Assembly (NCBI GenBank): GCA_016926735.1
Contig: JAFGOA010000078.1
Span: 1-26,265, forward strand
Origin: Promethearchaeota archaeon
Lineage (GTDB): Archaea; Asgardarchaeota; Lokiarchaeia; Sigyniarchaeales; SOKP01
DNA length: 26,265 nt
Direction of reading: 5' to 3'
Of the stretch, positions 1 to 8,378 are shown in pieces. The position numbers and the translations under genes are program-made. The notes below the pieces were generated by a model. It worked only from the letters and a program-made list of their open reading frames with translations. It was not told the origin of the DNA and did no database searches. Every line of letters starts with the position of its first letter. Positions within the stretch are counted from its first letter, which is position 1.

Positions 1-564
1 ATTTAAATCCCAAAAGAGTAATGATTTTTAGATTTTTATAAATAATTATAGGTCTTTATAAGATTTCAGTAAATAGTTGAAACAATAAACTTTAGAAAGG
101 AAAAGGAAAAAATTGGGAGCCACGATTCTTGAAAATTTTTTAAAAAAGAGGAGACGTATTTATCTAATAACAGGGTTAAGGGTTGAGGTATTAAACCGAT
201 TTTTGTCGGTTTTAGGTATAAGAATATATTTTTTATATCATGGCGTTCCAATTTTCATTTCTATATACATTAAATAACTTACCTAGTATTTAAATCCTAT
301 CTTTTCCTATGAATAATGCGAAATTCTAATTTTAATCTAATAGAATTGAATAGAGCGATTAAAGCATCAAGATATTCTCTCTCACTAATAAATATGCCCA
401 ATATCTTATTTTGAATAAATTTAGTTGAATTATCAATAATATTTTAGATATAATAAAACTCATTATTTTTTTTATGATATTTCTAATATCTAAAATTCAT
501 TATTTCCTAATTAAAAAGGGATTTTTTTAAATCATCAATAAAATCTTGTAAATAAAAATAGAAT

Positions 565-1374
565 TTAGAGATTATTATTTTCATGAAATAGGTCATTAAT
601 AGCTTTAAGAATTAAGATTTTGCCATACTCATTATACAGTTTTCTATTTACAAACTTTTTCATATTCTTAAAGTTTTTTTTAACTGGATTTTTATTTTTT
701 ATATCTTTTTTTATCCTATTATTCTGAAATTCTCTTATGATTTTAAGTATTTTTAATTTTAAAGTTGTATAGGCATTTTTATCATAAAATCGAGCTAATT
801 TAAATTTATAATTATTGCATAAAATATTCCAATCTGGAATTTGGCAAACATTAGCATTTCGCAAATAATAATATCGAAATTTATTTTTATATATCCTCTC
901 TTTTTTCATATTCACAGGAGAAAAGTGTAAAGCAAATGGTTTTGTAATAGTAGTTTTATTAGGATATCTAATTACATTTATGTAATATACCCTGCCACCA
1001 TAAATCTTATGTAAAAATTTTTCAATAGAACTAATCTTTACATTTTTTTTATGAAATGGTTCTTTAATTGATCCTACACAATTCCCCTTTCCATTGAGAA
1101 TCCAAAGTACAAATATATTTTTTTTATTATAATCAAGAGTCCGATCTATCAATTCTTTAATACTAATATAGGAATTTTGAACCTCTATAACAACTTCTTC
1201 ACCTGAAACAAATTTAAAATAAATATCTGCTATTCGATTTTTAAAATATTTTTCGAGGGATGATTCTAAAATATTGTTATTATTTAATATAATATTATTA
1301 TACAATAGGGTCTTTATTACTTTATGAGAAAATGATTCAGAATTTTTATTAAAATCATCAAATAGTAAGCGCAT
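565..1374 (-). CDS. CoiA-like / PD-(D/E)XK nuclease-family protein
   Basis: Motif RIADIYF...VVIEVQNSYISIKELIDRTLDY...VLWIL matches the CoiA-type D...ExQxS nuclease pattern; basic C-terminus. Confidence 0.6.
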   Translation of the reverse strand: MRLLFDDFNKNSESFSHKVIKTLLYNNIILNNNNILESSLEKYFKNRIADIYFKFVSGEEVVIEVQNSYISIKELIDRTLDYNKKNIFVLWILNGKGNCVGSIKEPFHKKNVKISSIEKFLHKIYGGRVYYINVIRYPNKTTITKPFALHFSPVNMKKERIYKNKFRYYYLRNANVCQIPDWNILCNNYKFKLARFYDKNAYTTLKLKILKIIREFQNNRIKKDIKNKNPVKKNFKNMKKFVNRKLYNEYGKILILKAINDLFHENNNL

Positions 1375-1483
1375 GAGATATGATATAAATTAAAGATTCT
1401 ATCTCAAAATAGTTGAGAGTTAAAAGATTTAATAATTTATAGAAATTCAAAAAAAATAATGAAAATAAAATAAATAAAAATGA

Positions 1484-2680
1484 CTATTTTCTGGTCAGAT
1501 AAGGTAAAAATTTTTCATGACATAATTCAATCAGAGTGTCGATATAATTTTCCATATTTTCGGCATCAATTGTATTTTTAAATAATTGATTGTCCATCTG
1601 AGAGTCTAAATCCCATAATTCTTTTGGAGCTTTTTCATCTTTTACGATCTTTTTTACTTCTGTAATCCATGTTTCTGGTAGTTCATTTGGGAGCTCTACA
1701 TCAAGCATTTGTGCTAAAAAAAGGGTCCATGCTCTTGGAACAACAGTCATCGAATAACCTCCGCCTCCAAATGCTAACCATTTATTATTGCAGTATTTCT
1801 GAGCGTATTCATCTATTTCTTTAGCTAGATTTTTATATAATTCTATTGAGTTACCCATTTGAGTTAATGGATCGCTAAAATGAGTATCAACACCCAATTG
1901 AGTTGCTAGAATATCTGGTTGATAACTATCAAGAATTTTTGGAATACATTCTTTAAATAATTTTAAATATAGCTTATTATTTGTACCTGGTATAAGAGGA
2001 AAATTAATAGAATATCCTGTTCCATCTTCTTCACCAATTTCATCAAGATCTCCAGTTCCAGGAAAAAGAAATTGTCCACTTTCATGTATTGAGATGGTTA
2101 ATACATTTGGGTCTTCATAAAAAATCCATTGAACGCCATCACCATGATGACAATCAATATCTAAATAAGCTATTTTAATATCTTTTTTTAACGTTTTTAA
2201 ATATCTTAAAGCAACAGCAATATCATTAAAAATACAAAATCCAGATGCTCTATTTTCAATAGCGTGATGAAGCCCTCCGGCAGGATTAAAGGCAACATTA
2301 CATTTATTATCATTCCAAACCATATCAGCTACCATAATACTAGCTCCACAAACCAGAGAAGATGCTTCAAACATTCCTTTAAAAATAGGATTATCACCGG
2401 GACCTAATCCATATTCCGAAGGATTTACAGAATTATCTTGAGGATTTGTACTTAATTTACTTACTGCGTCGATATAATCAGGAGTATGAACAAGCTCGAG
2501 TTCTTTATTTGTACAAGGTTTAGGATGAAGTATTTCTAATTTTTTATTATTAAATAATCCAATCTTATTCATTAGACTATATGTAAGAGATAATCTTAAT
2601 GGTCTTAATGGATGAGAATCACCAAAATTATATTTCTGATAGTCTTCAGTATATATTAGGCCAACCTTTTCAGTTTTCAT
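1484..2680 (-). CDS. acuC: Zn-dependent histone-deacetylase-family protein (AcuC / class I HDAC-like)
   Basis: HPLRPLR, GGLHHA, SGFCIFND, YLDIDCHHGDGVQ, SIHE, FPGTG, QLGVDTH..DPL and GGGGY motifs are all present. Confidence 0.9.
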   Translation of the reverse strand: MKTEKVGLIYTEDYQKYNFGDSHPLRPLRLSLTYSLMNKIGLFNNKKLEILHPKPCTNKELELVHTPDYIDAVSKLSTNPQDNSVNPSEYGLGPGDNPIFKGMFEASSLVCGASIMVADMVWNDNKCNVAFNPAGGLHHAIENRASGFCIFNDIAVALRYLKTLKKDIKIAYLDIDCHHGDGVQWIFYEDPNVLTISIHESGQFLFPGTGDLDEIGEEDGTGYSINFPLIPGTNNKLYLKLFKECIPKILDSYQPDILATQLGVDTHFSDPLTQMGNSIELYKNLAKEIDEYAQKYCNNKWLAFGGGGYSMTVVPRAWTLFLAQMLDVELPNELPETWITEVKKIVKDEKAPKELWDLDSQMDNQLFKNTIDAENMENYIDTLIELCHEKFLPYLTRK

Positions 2681-3018
2681 AATTTAAAAAAAAATTTCTT
2701 CTATACTATACTAATATAACAATTTAAATTAATCAAGGCTATTTTTAATTTTCTAAAATAAAATATTTATATATCTAAAATATACAAATTAAATTTAGCA
2801 TCACATAAATTGTTCTTATTTAATCATTTATTTAAAATCCAAATGGATTATTGTATTGAAGAAAATTTTTGATAATTTCTTCTTGCATGTTATAAATAAT
2901 TAGTTTTAGTATGGAACGAAGCTAAAATTAAATAATAAAAGTGATATTACTAAAATAACATATAAAAAAATAAACAACCTTAAAAAAAAATAGATCAAAT
3001 TATATAATTATAAAAACC

Positions 3019-3573
3019 ATGTCGATCAGATTTAAAAATTTCATGACTAGAATTGGAAAAGAATCAGAGTTTAAACCATTACGAAATCAATTACTCATTT
3101 CATTAAAAGAATCTAGTGAAAACAAATACAAAAATTATCCAAGATTGATAGAGTTAATGAAAGAGTATTGGTTAAAATATAGTGAACAATCAAAAATATC
3201 TCATTTACTTAGAGATCACTATGATGAATTATTTGGTTTTTATATGAATAAAATATTTCCTTTTAGAAGAAGAGGTTTATCATTTGATGATGCTGAAGCA
3301 CCAACGCCAGTCGATTTTAAACTTGAGTTTCATTATAGATTCAATGACAGAGAAATAGAAGTTGTGAAAGAAATTATTAAAGAGTTAGAATTAGAGATTA
3401 ATATTGAAGCGGTATTGAAAAGAATCTTTATTTTCACAATCAGTTCTTTTGGTTATATTGTAGAGATCATTTTTGGTCGTCCATTTGCCTTCCAATTTTT
3501 TAATATAGATGCTAATCAATTAGAAAGTGGTGAATGGGAAATAGATGCAATTATTTCTGGTAGGGAACAATAG
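3019..3573 (+). CDS. Hypothetical protein
   Basis: 184-aa ORF with normal composition, convergent with the next gene; no motif recognised. Confidence 0.7.
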   Translation: MSIRFKNFMTRIGKESEFKPLRNQLLISLKESSENKYKNYPRLIELMKEYWLKYSEQSKISHLLRDHYDELFGFYMNKIFPFRRRGLSFDDAEAPTPVDFKLEFHYRFNDREIEVVKEIIKELELEINIEAVLKRIFIFTISSFGYIVEIIFGRPFAFQFFNIDANQLESGEWEIDAIISGREQ

Positions 3574-3588
3574 AATTGATAAATAACT

Positions 3589-4116
3589 TTACCATTTTAT
3601 TTCAAATATTGCATTTTCTTCATCAATGATTTCCACATTTACATTTTTAATACCCAGCATTCTAAAAATCCCAATATATACTCCTTTAAACAGCATAATA
3701 TCAAAACCCGGTCCAGGAGCTTGAATAATAACATGTCCTTCTTCAAATTTAAGGAATTTTCTGGGTATTACTTCAGATTTTTCATCAGATTTATGATCCA
3801 TTAAATAAGTTTTTGACTCATATTTTAAAGCTTCTAAAGGACTTTTAAAATCAGGTAGCCCAACTGTTTGTTTTATTATTGGAAAAATATTTCGTCCCAT
3901 TGTAAGCATTGCTTCTCTACCAGTGGGTGAACTATTTTTATAAGTCTCCATAAAAACAGTTATTATATCTCCATCATACCATTCTTCGGGTTCAAGTTCA
4001 TCAAAATGTAAACCTGTTTTTTCAAAAAGAATTCCATCAGCCTTTTTTTGTGATTCCTTATATAAAGTCATTAATTTACCACAAAAAGTTATGTATTTTC
4101 CTTTTACTTTTACCAT
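3589..4116 (-). CDS. Hypothetical protein, possibly V4R/HNOB-like small-ligand-binding fold
   Basis: 175 aa; EWY...MGRNIF...GVYIGIF...FEIKW layout resembles V4R/HNOB-type domains; GGGA SD-like motif upstream. The fold call is tentative. Confidence 0.5.
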   Translation of the reverse strand: MVKVKGKYITFCGKLMTLYKESQKKADGILFEKTGLHFDELEPEEWYDGDIITVFMETYKNSSPTGREAMLTMGRNIFPIIKQTVGLPDFKSPLEALKYESKTYLMDHKSDEKSEVIPRKFLKFEEGHVIIQAPGPGFDIMLFKGVYIGIFRMLGIKNVNVEIIDEENAIFEIKW

Positions 4117-4302
4117 ATAATAATTCCCTAGTATAATAATGATATAGTTGTCTTTTTTTTTAATTCAAATCCAATAAGAAGAATAATTTTCATAATAATA
4201 AACTTGATTTTTCTAAATAAATTTATCTTTTTACTAATTAAGACTTGATTTAGAAAGATATTTTTTAAAATAATAAAAGAATAATATCAAATAAAAGAAA
4301 TT

Positions 4303-5280
4303 TTAATTATGTAGTAAATAATAAAGTAATGCTTTAATAGTATATAATCTGTTTTCGGCTTGATCATATATAATTGAATGAGGACCATCAATAGTTTCAT
4401 CATCAGCAACAATATTTCTTCTGATTGGAAGACAATGCATAAAAATAGAATCTTTATTTGTGTAATTAAGATATTTTGATTTTATCATCCAATTATCTCT
4501 ATTAGGCATTCTTAAGGATTTTTCTTTTTTTGCATCTCCATACGCAGATATAGCACCCCAACTTTTTACATAAACAATATCTGAGTCTTCATAAGATTCT
4601 TTTATATCATTTGAGAAATTTAGGGAGCCTCCTGATTCTTTAATATTTTTCTGTGCTTTACTTATTATTTCATCATCTAATTCATACTCTTTTGGATGTG
4701 CTAGAGTTACATCCATCCCATATCGAGTAGACATTAAAAGAATTGAATTGGGAACACTTAAAGGTAATGGTTTTGGATGATATGCCCAAGAAATCGTGAT
4801 TTTCTTATGTTCTGTTGTTCTTTTTTTTTCTTTTATTGTAAAAATATCTGTAAGTGCTTGGAGAGGGTGAAATTGATCATCTTCAAAATTAATAATAGGA
4901 ACTTTAGACCATTCAGAAAACTCTCTTACTATTTTATTTCCCTCCTTATATTTCCAATCTACAACATTTGGAAAAATTCTGATTCCTATTGCATCATAAT
5001 AACTCGAGAGTACTCTAGAGGTGTCTTTTATTGATTCTGAGTGATATCCTATCCATGAGTCCTTAATTCCATTAAGTACAGATAACATTCCAAGTTGATA
5101 AGCTGCTACTTGAGTTGAATTTCTCGTACGTGTTGAGGGATTGTAAAAAAACATACATAAGGATTTACCATCTAATTTATTTTGATATTTTAAAGGATTA
5201 TATTTCATATCTTTAGCTAATTCTAATAGTGTATCTAGATCTTTTTTACTCCATTCTTGTGTTGTAATAAAATCCTTCAT
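4303..5280 (-). CDS. argF: N-acetyl/N-succinylornithine carbamoyltransferase (ArgF'-type)
   Basis: Carbamoyl-phosphate motif STRT, HPLQAL, the AOTCase-specific WAYHPKPLP, YVKSWG and HCLPIRRN motifs, and QAENR. Confidence 0.85.
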   Translation of the reverse strand: MKDFITTQEWSKKDLDTLLELAKDMKYNPLKYQNKLDGKSLCMFFYNPSTRTRNSTQVAAYQLGMLSVLNGIKDSWIGYHSESIKDTSRVLSSYYDAIGIRIFPNVVDWKYKEGNKIVREFSEWSKVPIINFEDDQFHPLQALTDIFTIKEKKRTTEHKKITISWAYHPKPLPLSVPNSILLMSTRYGMDVTLAHPKEYELDDEIISKAQKNIKESGGSLNFSNDIKESYEDSDIVYVKSWGAISAYGDAKKEKSLRMPNRDNWMIKSKYLNYTNKDSIFMHCLPIRRNIVADDETIDGPHSIIYDQAENRLYTIKALLYYLLHN

Positions 5281-5381
5281 AGTCTGATTTTTTGTTTGAA
5301 CTCATATAAATTAATTAGTTTAAAAATAAAAATTAAGATTCTTTAAATAAGAAGTTTTTGTTTAATAGATAATAATAAAAA

Positions 5382-5807
5382 TTAGTCTTTTTTAAGATAA
5401 GAACCTAAATCCATCATATCATCGCCTCGTTTTACTTGAATCTTACTTTTAATGCCTTTTACTTGTCTCTCTAATAAAATTATTACATCAAGAGGGATTC
5501 TTCTAGCAACTCCTCCTTGTTTTTGAATTAATGTAATTAAGTAATCAATATTATTGACAATATCTTGCCCAACTAATTCATTAAAAATAGATTGATAGAC
5601 ATTTGGTTCGGTTTTTTTTATTGTGCTTAAATGGTTAAAAGCCTCAGGCATTAATACTATTTTAAGAACATAATCTATTTTATCATAAATAGAAACAGTT
5701 TGTTGTTGAGTTTGTTCTGCTCTCTTTTTAGCTTCCATTATTGAACGCATTTTTTGCATTCGAATTTTATTAAGTTCATATTCTTCATTGTCTTCAGTAT
5801 TATTCAT
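5382..5807 (-). CDS. PDCD5-like DNA-binding protein
   Basis: EEYELNKIRMQKM N-terminus, LKIVLMPEAFNHLSTIK..P core and KIQVKR C-terminus resemble PDCD5/MTH1615. Confidence 0.75.
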   Translation of the reverse strand: MNNTEDNEEYELNKIRMQKMRSIMEAKKRAEQTQQQTVSIYDKIDYVLKIVLMPEAFNHLSTIKKTEPNVYQSIFNELVGQDIVNNIDYLITLIQKQGGVARRIPLDVIILLERQVKGIKSKIQVKRGDDMMDLGSYLKKD

Positions 5808-5939
5808 ATTGTTCAGTATATTTTCTTAATTTTCCGTAAGGCTTCAAATAAATCTTAATATTTAATAATAATTTTTAATAAAATAATAATTTTATTGGGA
5901 TTTTGAAATACTTAATAAACTAGTATTTCAATAATAAAA

Positions 5940-5957
5940 CCGAAAATATTTTATTAT
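5940..5957 (+). promoter_or_regulatory. Putative BRE + TATA promoter of tRNA-Tyr
   Basis: CCGAAAATATTTTATTA (BRE-like CGAAA followed by TTTTATTA) about 30 nt upstream of the tRNA 5' end. The AT-rich background lowers specificity. Confidence 0.45.
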
Positions 5958-6022
5958 TTCTATTATTATAAATTCTAAGTTAAACCCTCCTTAACTCAGC
6001 CCGGTAGAGTGCTCGGCTGTAG

Positions 6023-6069
6023 ATAAATTCGCGTATTGAGGTTATACCTATGAAGATACGTCAGCTGAA
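6023..6069 (+). other. tRNA intron 1 (canonical 37/38 position, 47 nt, relaxed BHB)
   Basis: Removal gives the 7-nt anticodon loop CTGTAGA. The central helix CTGT/GCTG has one mismatch, so the motif is relaxed and boundaries could shift by 1 nt. Confidence 0.8.
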
Positions 6070-6091
6070 ACCGAGATGTCGCTGGATCAAA

Positions 6092-6121
6092 AAAAAATTG
6101 AATCTCTCATTTTATTGATAA
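6092..6121 (+). other. tRNA intron 2 (T-loop, position 59/60, 30 nt, BHB)
   Basis: Central helix ATCA(6086-6089)/TGAT(6116-6119), each followed by a 3-nt bulge (AA^A, AA^G) stacked on the T-stem; removal leaves a 7-nt T-loop ATCAAAG. Confidence 0.85.
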
Positions 6122-6362
6122 GCCGGCAGGAGGGACCACTTTATTTTCTTATTTAATTTTATTATTCTAATCTAGTTCTTTGAATAGGAACAACTAAAAT
6201 TTTTAAAAATAAAAAGATATTTATAATCTTAAATAATATATTTTTCTCCAATAAAATTTATATTTCCCATTTTTGAATTTTGTATTTAGAAAGTTTTTAA
6301 TTTATCCAATATATAATTTTATAAACTTATAATAAAAATAATTAAAATAACTAAAATAATAT

Positions 6363-6369
6363 GGTGATC
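6363..6369 (+). promoter_or_regulatory. Shine-Dalgarno motif of the E2 gene
   Basis: GGTGATC is complementary to the conserved 16S 3' end (GAUCACC); GGTGA ends 6 nt before ATT at 6374. Confidence 0.6.
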
Positions 6370-6373
6370 AACG

Positions 6374-6883
6374 ATTAGAGAAGACACAGACTATTCTGAA
6401 TCTGTTGAAGCATTTAAAAATGAAGATCTTGTTATATTAGAACCTTGGGGAAGAAGCATAGATCACCTTCGATTAACTATACTTGGAAAAAAAAATACTC
6501 CATATGAAGGGGGAAAATTTATTTTTGAGGTAAAATTCCCTGAGAATTATCCATTTATGCCACCTTATGTTTATGCGGTAACATTAATGTGGCATCCAAA
6601 TATAGACTCATCAATCCCTCCTGGTAAATTGAATATTTGTTTAGATCTAATAAATCCTGATAAAGTAGGAAAAGTGGATCCAGCAACTGGTGCAAGTGGA
6701 TGGACACCATCAAAAACATTAACAAATATTATTGAAGCATTAAAAGGTATGATGCATGTAGAACCTCCATTCTTTAACCCAGGAGATCCCCTAAATCACG
6801 AAGCAGGAGAGCAATATTTTAGAAATCATAAAAAATTTGTCCAAAAAGCAAAACAATGGACAGAAAAATATGCAATGGACTGA
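6374..6883 (+). CDS. Ubiquitin-conjugating enzyme E2 (about 169 aa, probable ATT start; the ORF track start at 6557 is internal)
   Basis: The frame is open from 6368 and encodes GKKNTPYEGGKFIFEVKFPENYPFMPP, then HPNID, catalytic ICLD, WTP, PLNHEA and AKQWTEKYA, a complete UBC fold. Confidence 0.9.
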   Translation: MREDTDYSESVEAFKNEDLVILEPWGRSIDHLRLTILGKKNTPYEGGKFIFEVKFPENYPFMPPYVYAVTLMWHPNIDSSIPPGKLNICLDLINPDKVGKVDPATGASGWTPSKTLTNIIEALKGMMHVEPPFFNPGDPLNHEAGEQYFRNHKKFVQKAKQWTEKYAMD

Positions 6884-6887
6884 TTGA

Positions 6888-6896
6888 TTTTTTTTT
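6888..6896 (+). terminator. Oligo-T archaeal terminator candidate after the E2 gene
   Basis: T9 run directly after the TGA stop. Confidence 0.4.
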
Positions 6897-6987
6897 ATCC
6901 TTATTTATTTTTTAACCTAATAATTTCAAGTTAATTAAAATATAATTTAGTATCTAAATTAAAAAAATACCAAGACTTATCAATAAA

Positions 6988-7599
6988 ATGCTGGATAAAT
7001 CATCTTTTTACAAAAAAAAAATAATTATTTTTGATTTAGATGGTACAATAGTAGATTTAGATGTAGATTGGAAGTATTTGAAAAATATTTTAAGAAATAG
7101 ATATCATGCAAAATATAAAGAGTATTGTGAGTTCAGAAGTATTTCTGATTGTTTAAATCAAATTGTTAAAAAGAAAGATGAAGAAGAACTTTTAGAGATT
7201 TTTAAGATAGTAGAAGATTTTGAGATAAAAACTATTGATAAAACCAAGCCTATTAATGAAGTTATTTCTTTTATAAAGAATATTTCAAATATACCTTTTT
7301 TAAATAATATTAAATTAGCAATATTTTCCCTTAATACAAGAAAAACAATTATCCAAGCTCTAAAATTATTTAATGTATCAAATAGATTTGATTTTATTAT
7401 TGGAAAAGAAGATGTAAGATATTGGAAACCAAATCCTGAGGGATTATTAAAAATTAGATCTTTTTTTGGTGTTGAGACAGAGGATATGATTTATTTTGGA
7501 GATACTGAAAGGGATTTAATAACGGGAAAAAATGCGAATATAGATTCTGTTTTAATTTATGATCTCATTGAGTTTATCGTGAATAATTATAATTTTTAA
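6988..7599 (+). CDS. HAD-superfamily hydrolase (phosphoglycolate-phosphatase-like)
   Basis: Motif I FDLDGTIVD, motif II SLN, KPNPEG, and motif IV GDTERD. Confidence 0.88.
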   Translation: MLDKSSFYKKKIIIFDLDGTIVDLDVDWKYLKNILRNRYHAKYKEYCEFRSISDCLNQIVKKKDEEELLEIFKIVEDFEIKTIDKTKPINEVISFIKNISNIPFLNNIKLAIFSLNTRKTIIQALKLFNVSNRFDFIIGKEDVRYWKPNPEGLLKIRSFFGVETEDMIYFGDTERDLITGKNANIDSVLIYDLIEFIVNNYNF

Positions 7600-7661
7600 A
7601 GATAGAATTTTCAAAAAAAAAACCTTACATCTTTAAATCTATTGATAATTTTATTTTTTTT

Positions 7662-8321
7662 ATGGAATTTAAAAAAAAAATATTCATTTTCAGTATAAGT
7701 ATTTTGTTTATAATTTCTTTGCTGGGAAATACAAACGCATTAGTTATAGATGATAGTGAAGTTGGAATTAATCAAGGAGATATATATAGATGGAATTACT
7801 ATATTAACGATACATTTCAGTGGACCATGCAGATTAGTATCTCAGATATATCTACTCAAGGCGGGAACTTAGTGGTCGAGGGTGAAATTAAGGATTTAGG
7901 GACTCTAGGGTATCAATATACTGGCAATTTATTAGAGTTTAATGATACCACGGATTTTCTAGATCTAAGTGGACAAATTGATTTATTAGATTTAGGTGGA
8001 TATTGTATTATTCCAATTCCTTTAAATCTCACACTAATGACAATGTATTTAGACAATGAACATGGATTAGCCAACCTAAACATTACAGATAATTTAATTT
8101 ACGGAGATTACCCAAATATGCATTTTTATTGGTATTATAATTCTCAAGGACTCTTGACTCAAGGGGGAATATTGGTAGGTGAAACATTGCAGACAATGGT
8201 ATTAGTAACCAATAATGATGGTGGGAATATCCCAATAGGTTATACAATTTACCTCATAATATCACTCTCAATAATAGTACTTCTTATCAAGAAATATAAT
8301 CGAACTATTATTCGGAGATAA
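7662..8321 (+). CDS. Secreted surface protein with Loki-CTERM-like C-terminal anchor
   Basis: Signal peptide MEFKKKIFIFSISILFIISLLG, VGINQGD.Y.W start of the mature domain, C-terminal IPIGY + TM helix + basic tail. Confidence 0.75.
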   Translation: MEFKKKIFIFSISILFIISLLGNTNALVIDDSEVGINQGDIYRWNYYINDTFQWTMQISISDISTQGGNLVVEGEIKDLGTLGYQYTGNLLEFNDTTDFLDLSGQIDLLDLGGYCIIPIPLNLTLMTMYLDNEHGLANLNITDNLIYGDYPNMHFYWYYNSQGLLTQGGILVGETLQTMVLVTNNDGGNIPIGYTIYLIISLSIIVLLIKKYNRTIIRR

Positions 8322-8378
8322 TTTTTTTTAATTTTGGAGAAAAAATTAAAATAAAATTAGGAAAAAATCTATTTAAAA

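Larger units (their letters stand above)
5985..6138 (+). tRNA. tRNA-Tyr(GTA) with two introns and encoded CCA; mature length 77 nt
   Basis: Acceptor CCCTCCT/AGGAGGG (C1:G72, A73, CCA 6136-6138), D-arm ACTC/GAGT, anticodon stem CTCGG/CCGAG with GTA at 6019-6021, T-stem GCTGG/CCGGC. Confidence 0.93.

Noticed and set aside
66-251. 61-aa ORF on the minus strand
   Set aside because: Short, no recognisable motif or SD; cannot be supported as a gene.
297-443. 48-codon minus-strand open frame (…ISEREYLDALIALFNSIRLKLEFRIIHRKR) that looks protein-like
   Set aside because: No ATG or SD and bounded by stops; may be a remnant or small gene but cannot be supported without a homology search.
2903-2928. 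Hairpin GTTTTAGT-ATGGAACGAA-GCTAAAAT in the acuC/hypothetical divergent intergenic region
   Set aside because: AT-rich stem plausible by chance; matches no RNA family or operator I can identify.
4777-5034. 85-aa plus-strand ORF
   Set aside because: Antisense shadow of the carbamoyltransferase gene.
6365-6367. TGA upstream of E2 as selenocysteine
   Set aside because: The upstream frame is low-complexity AT sequence with no nearby start codon or E2 similarity; the TGA is part of the SD; no SECIS recognised.
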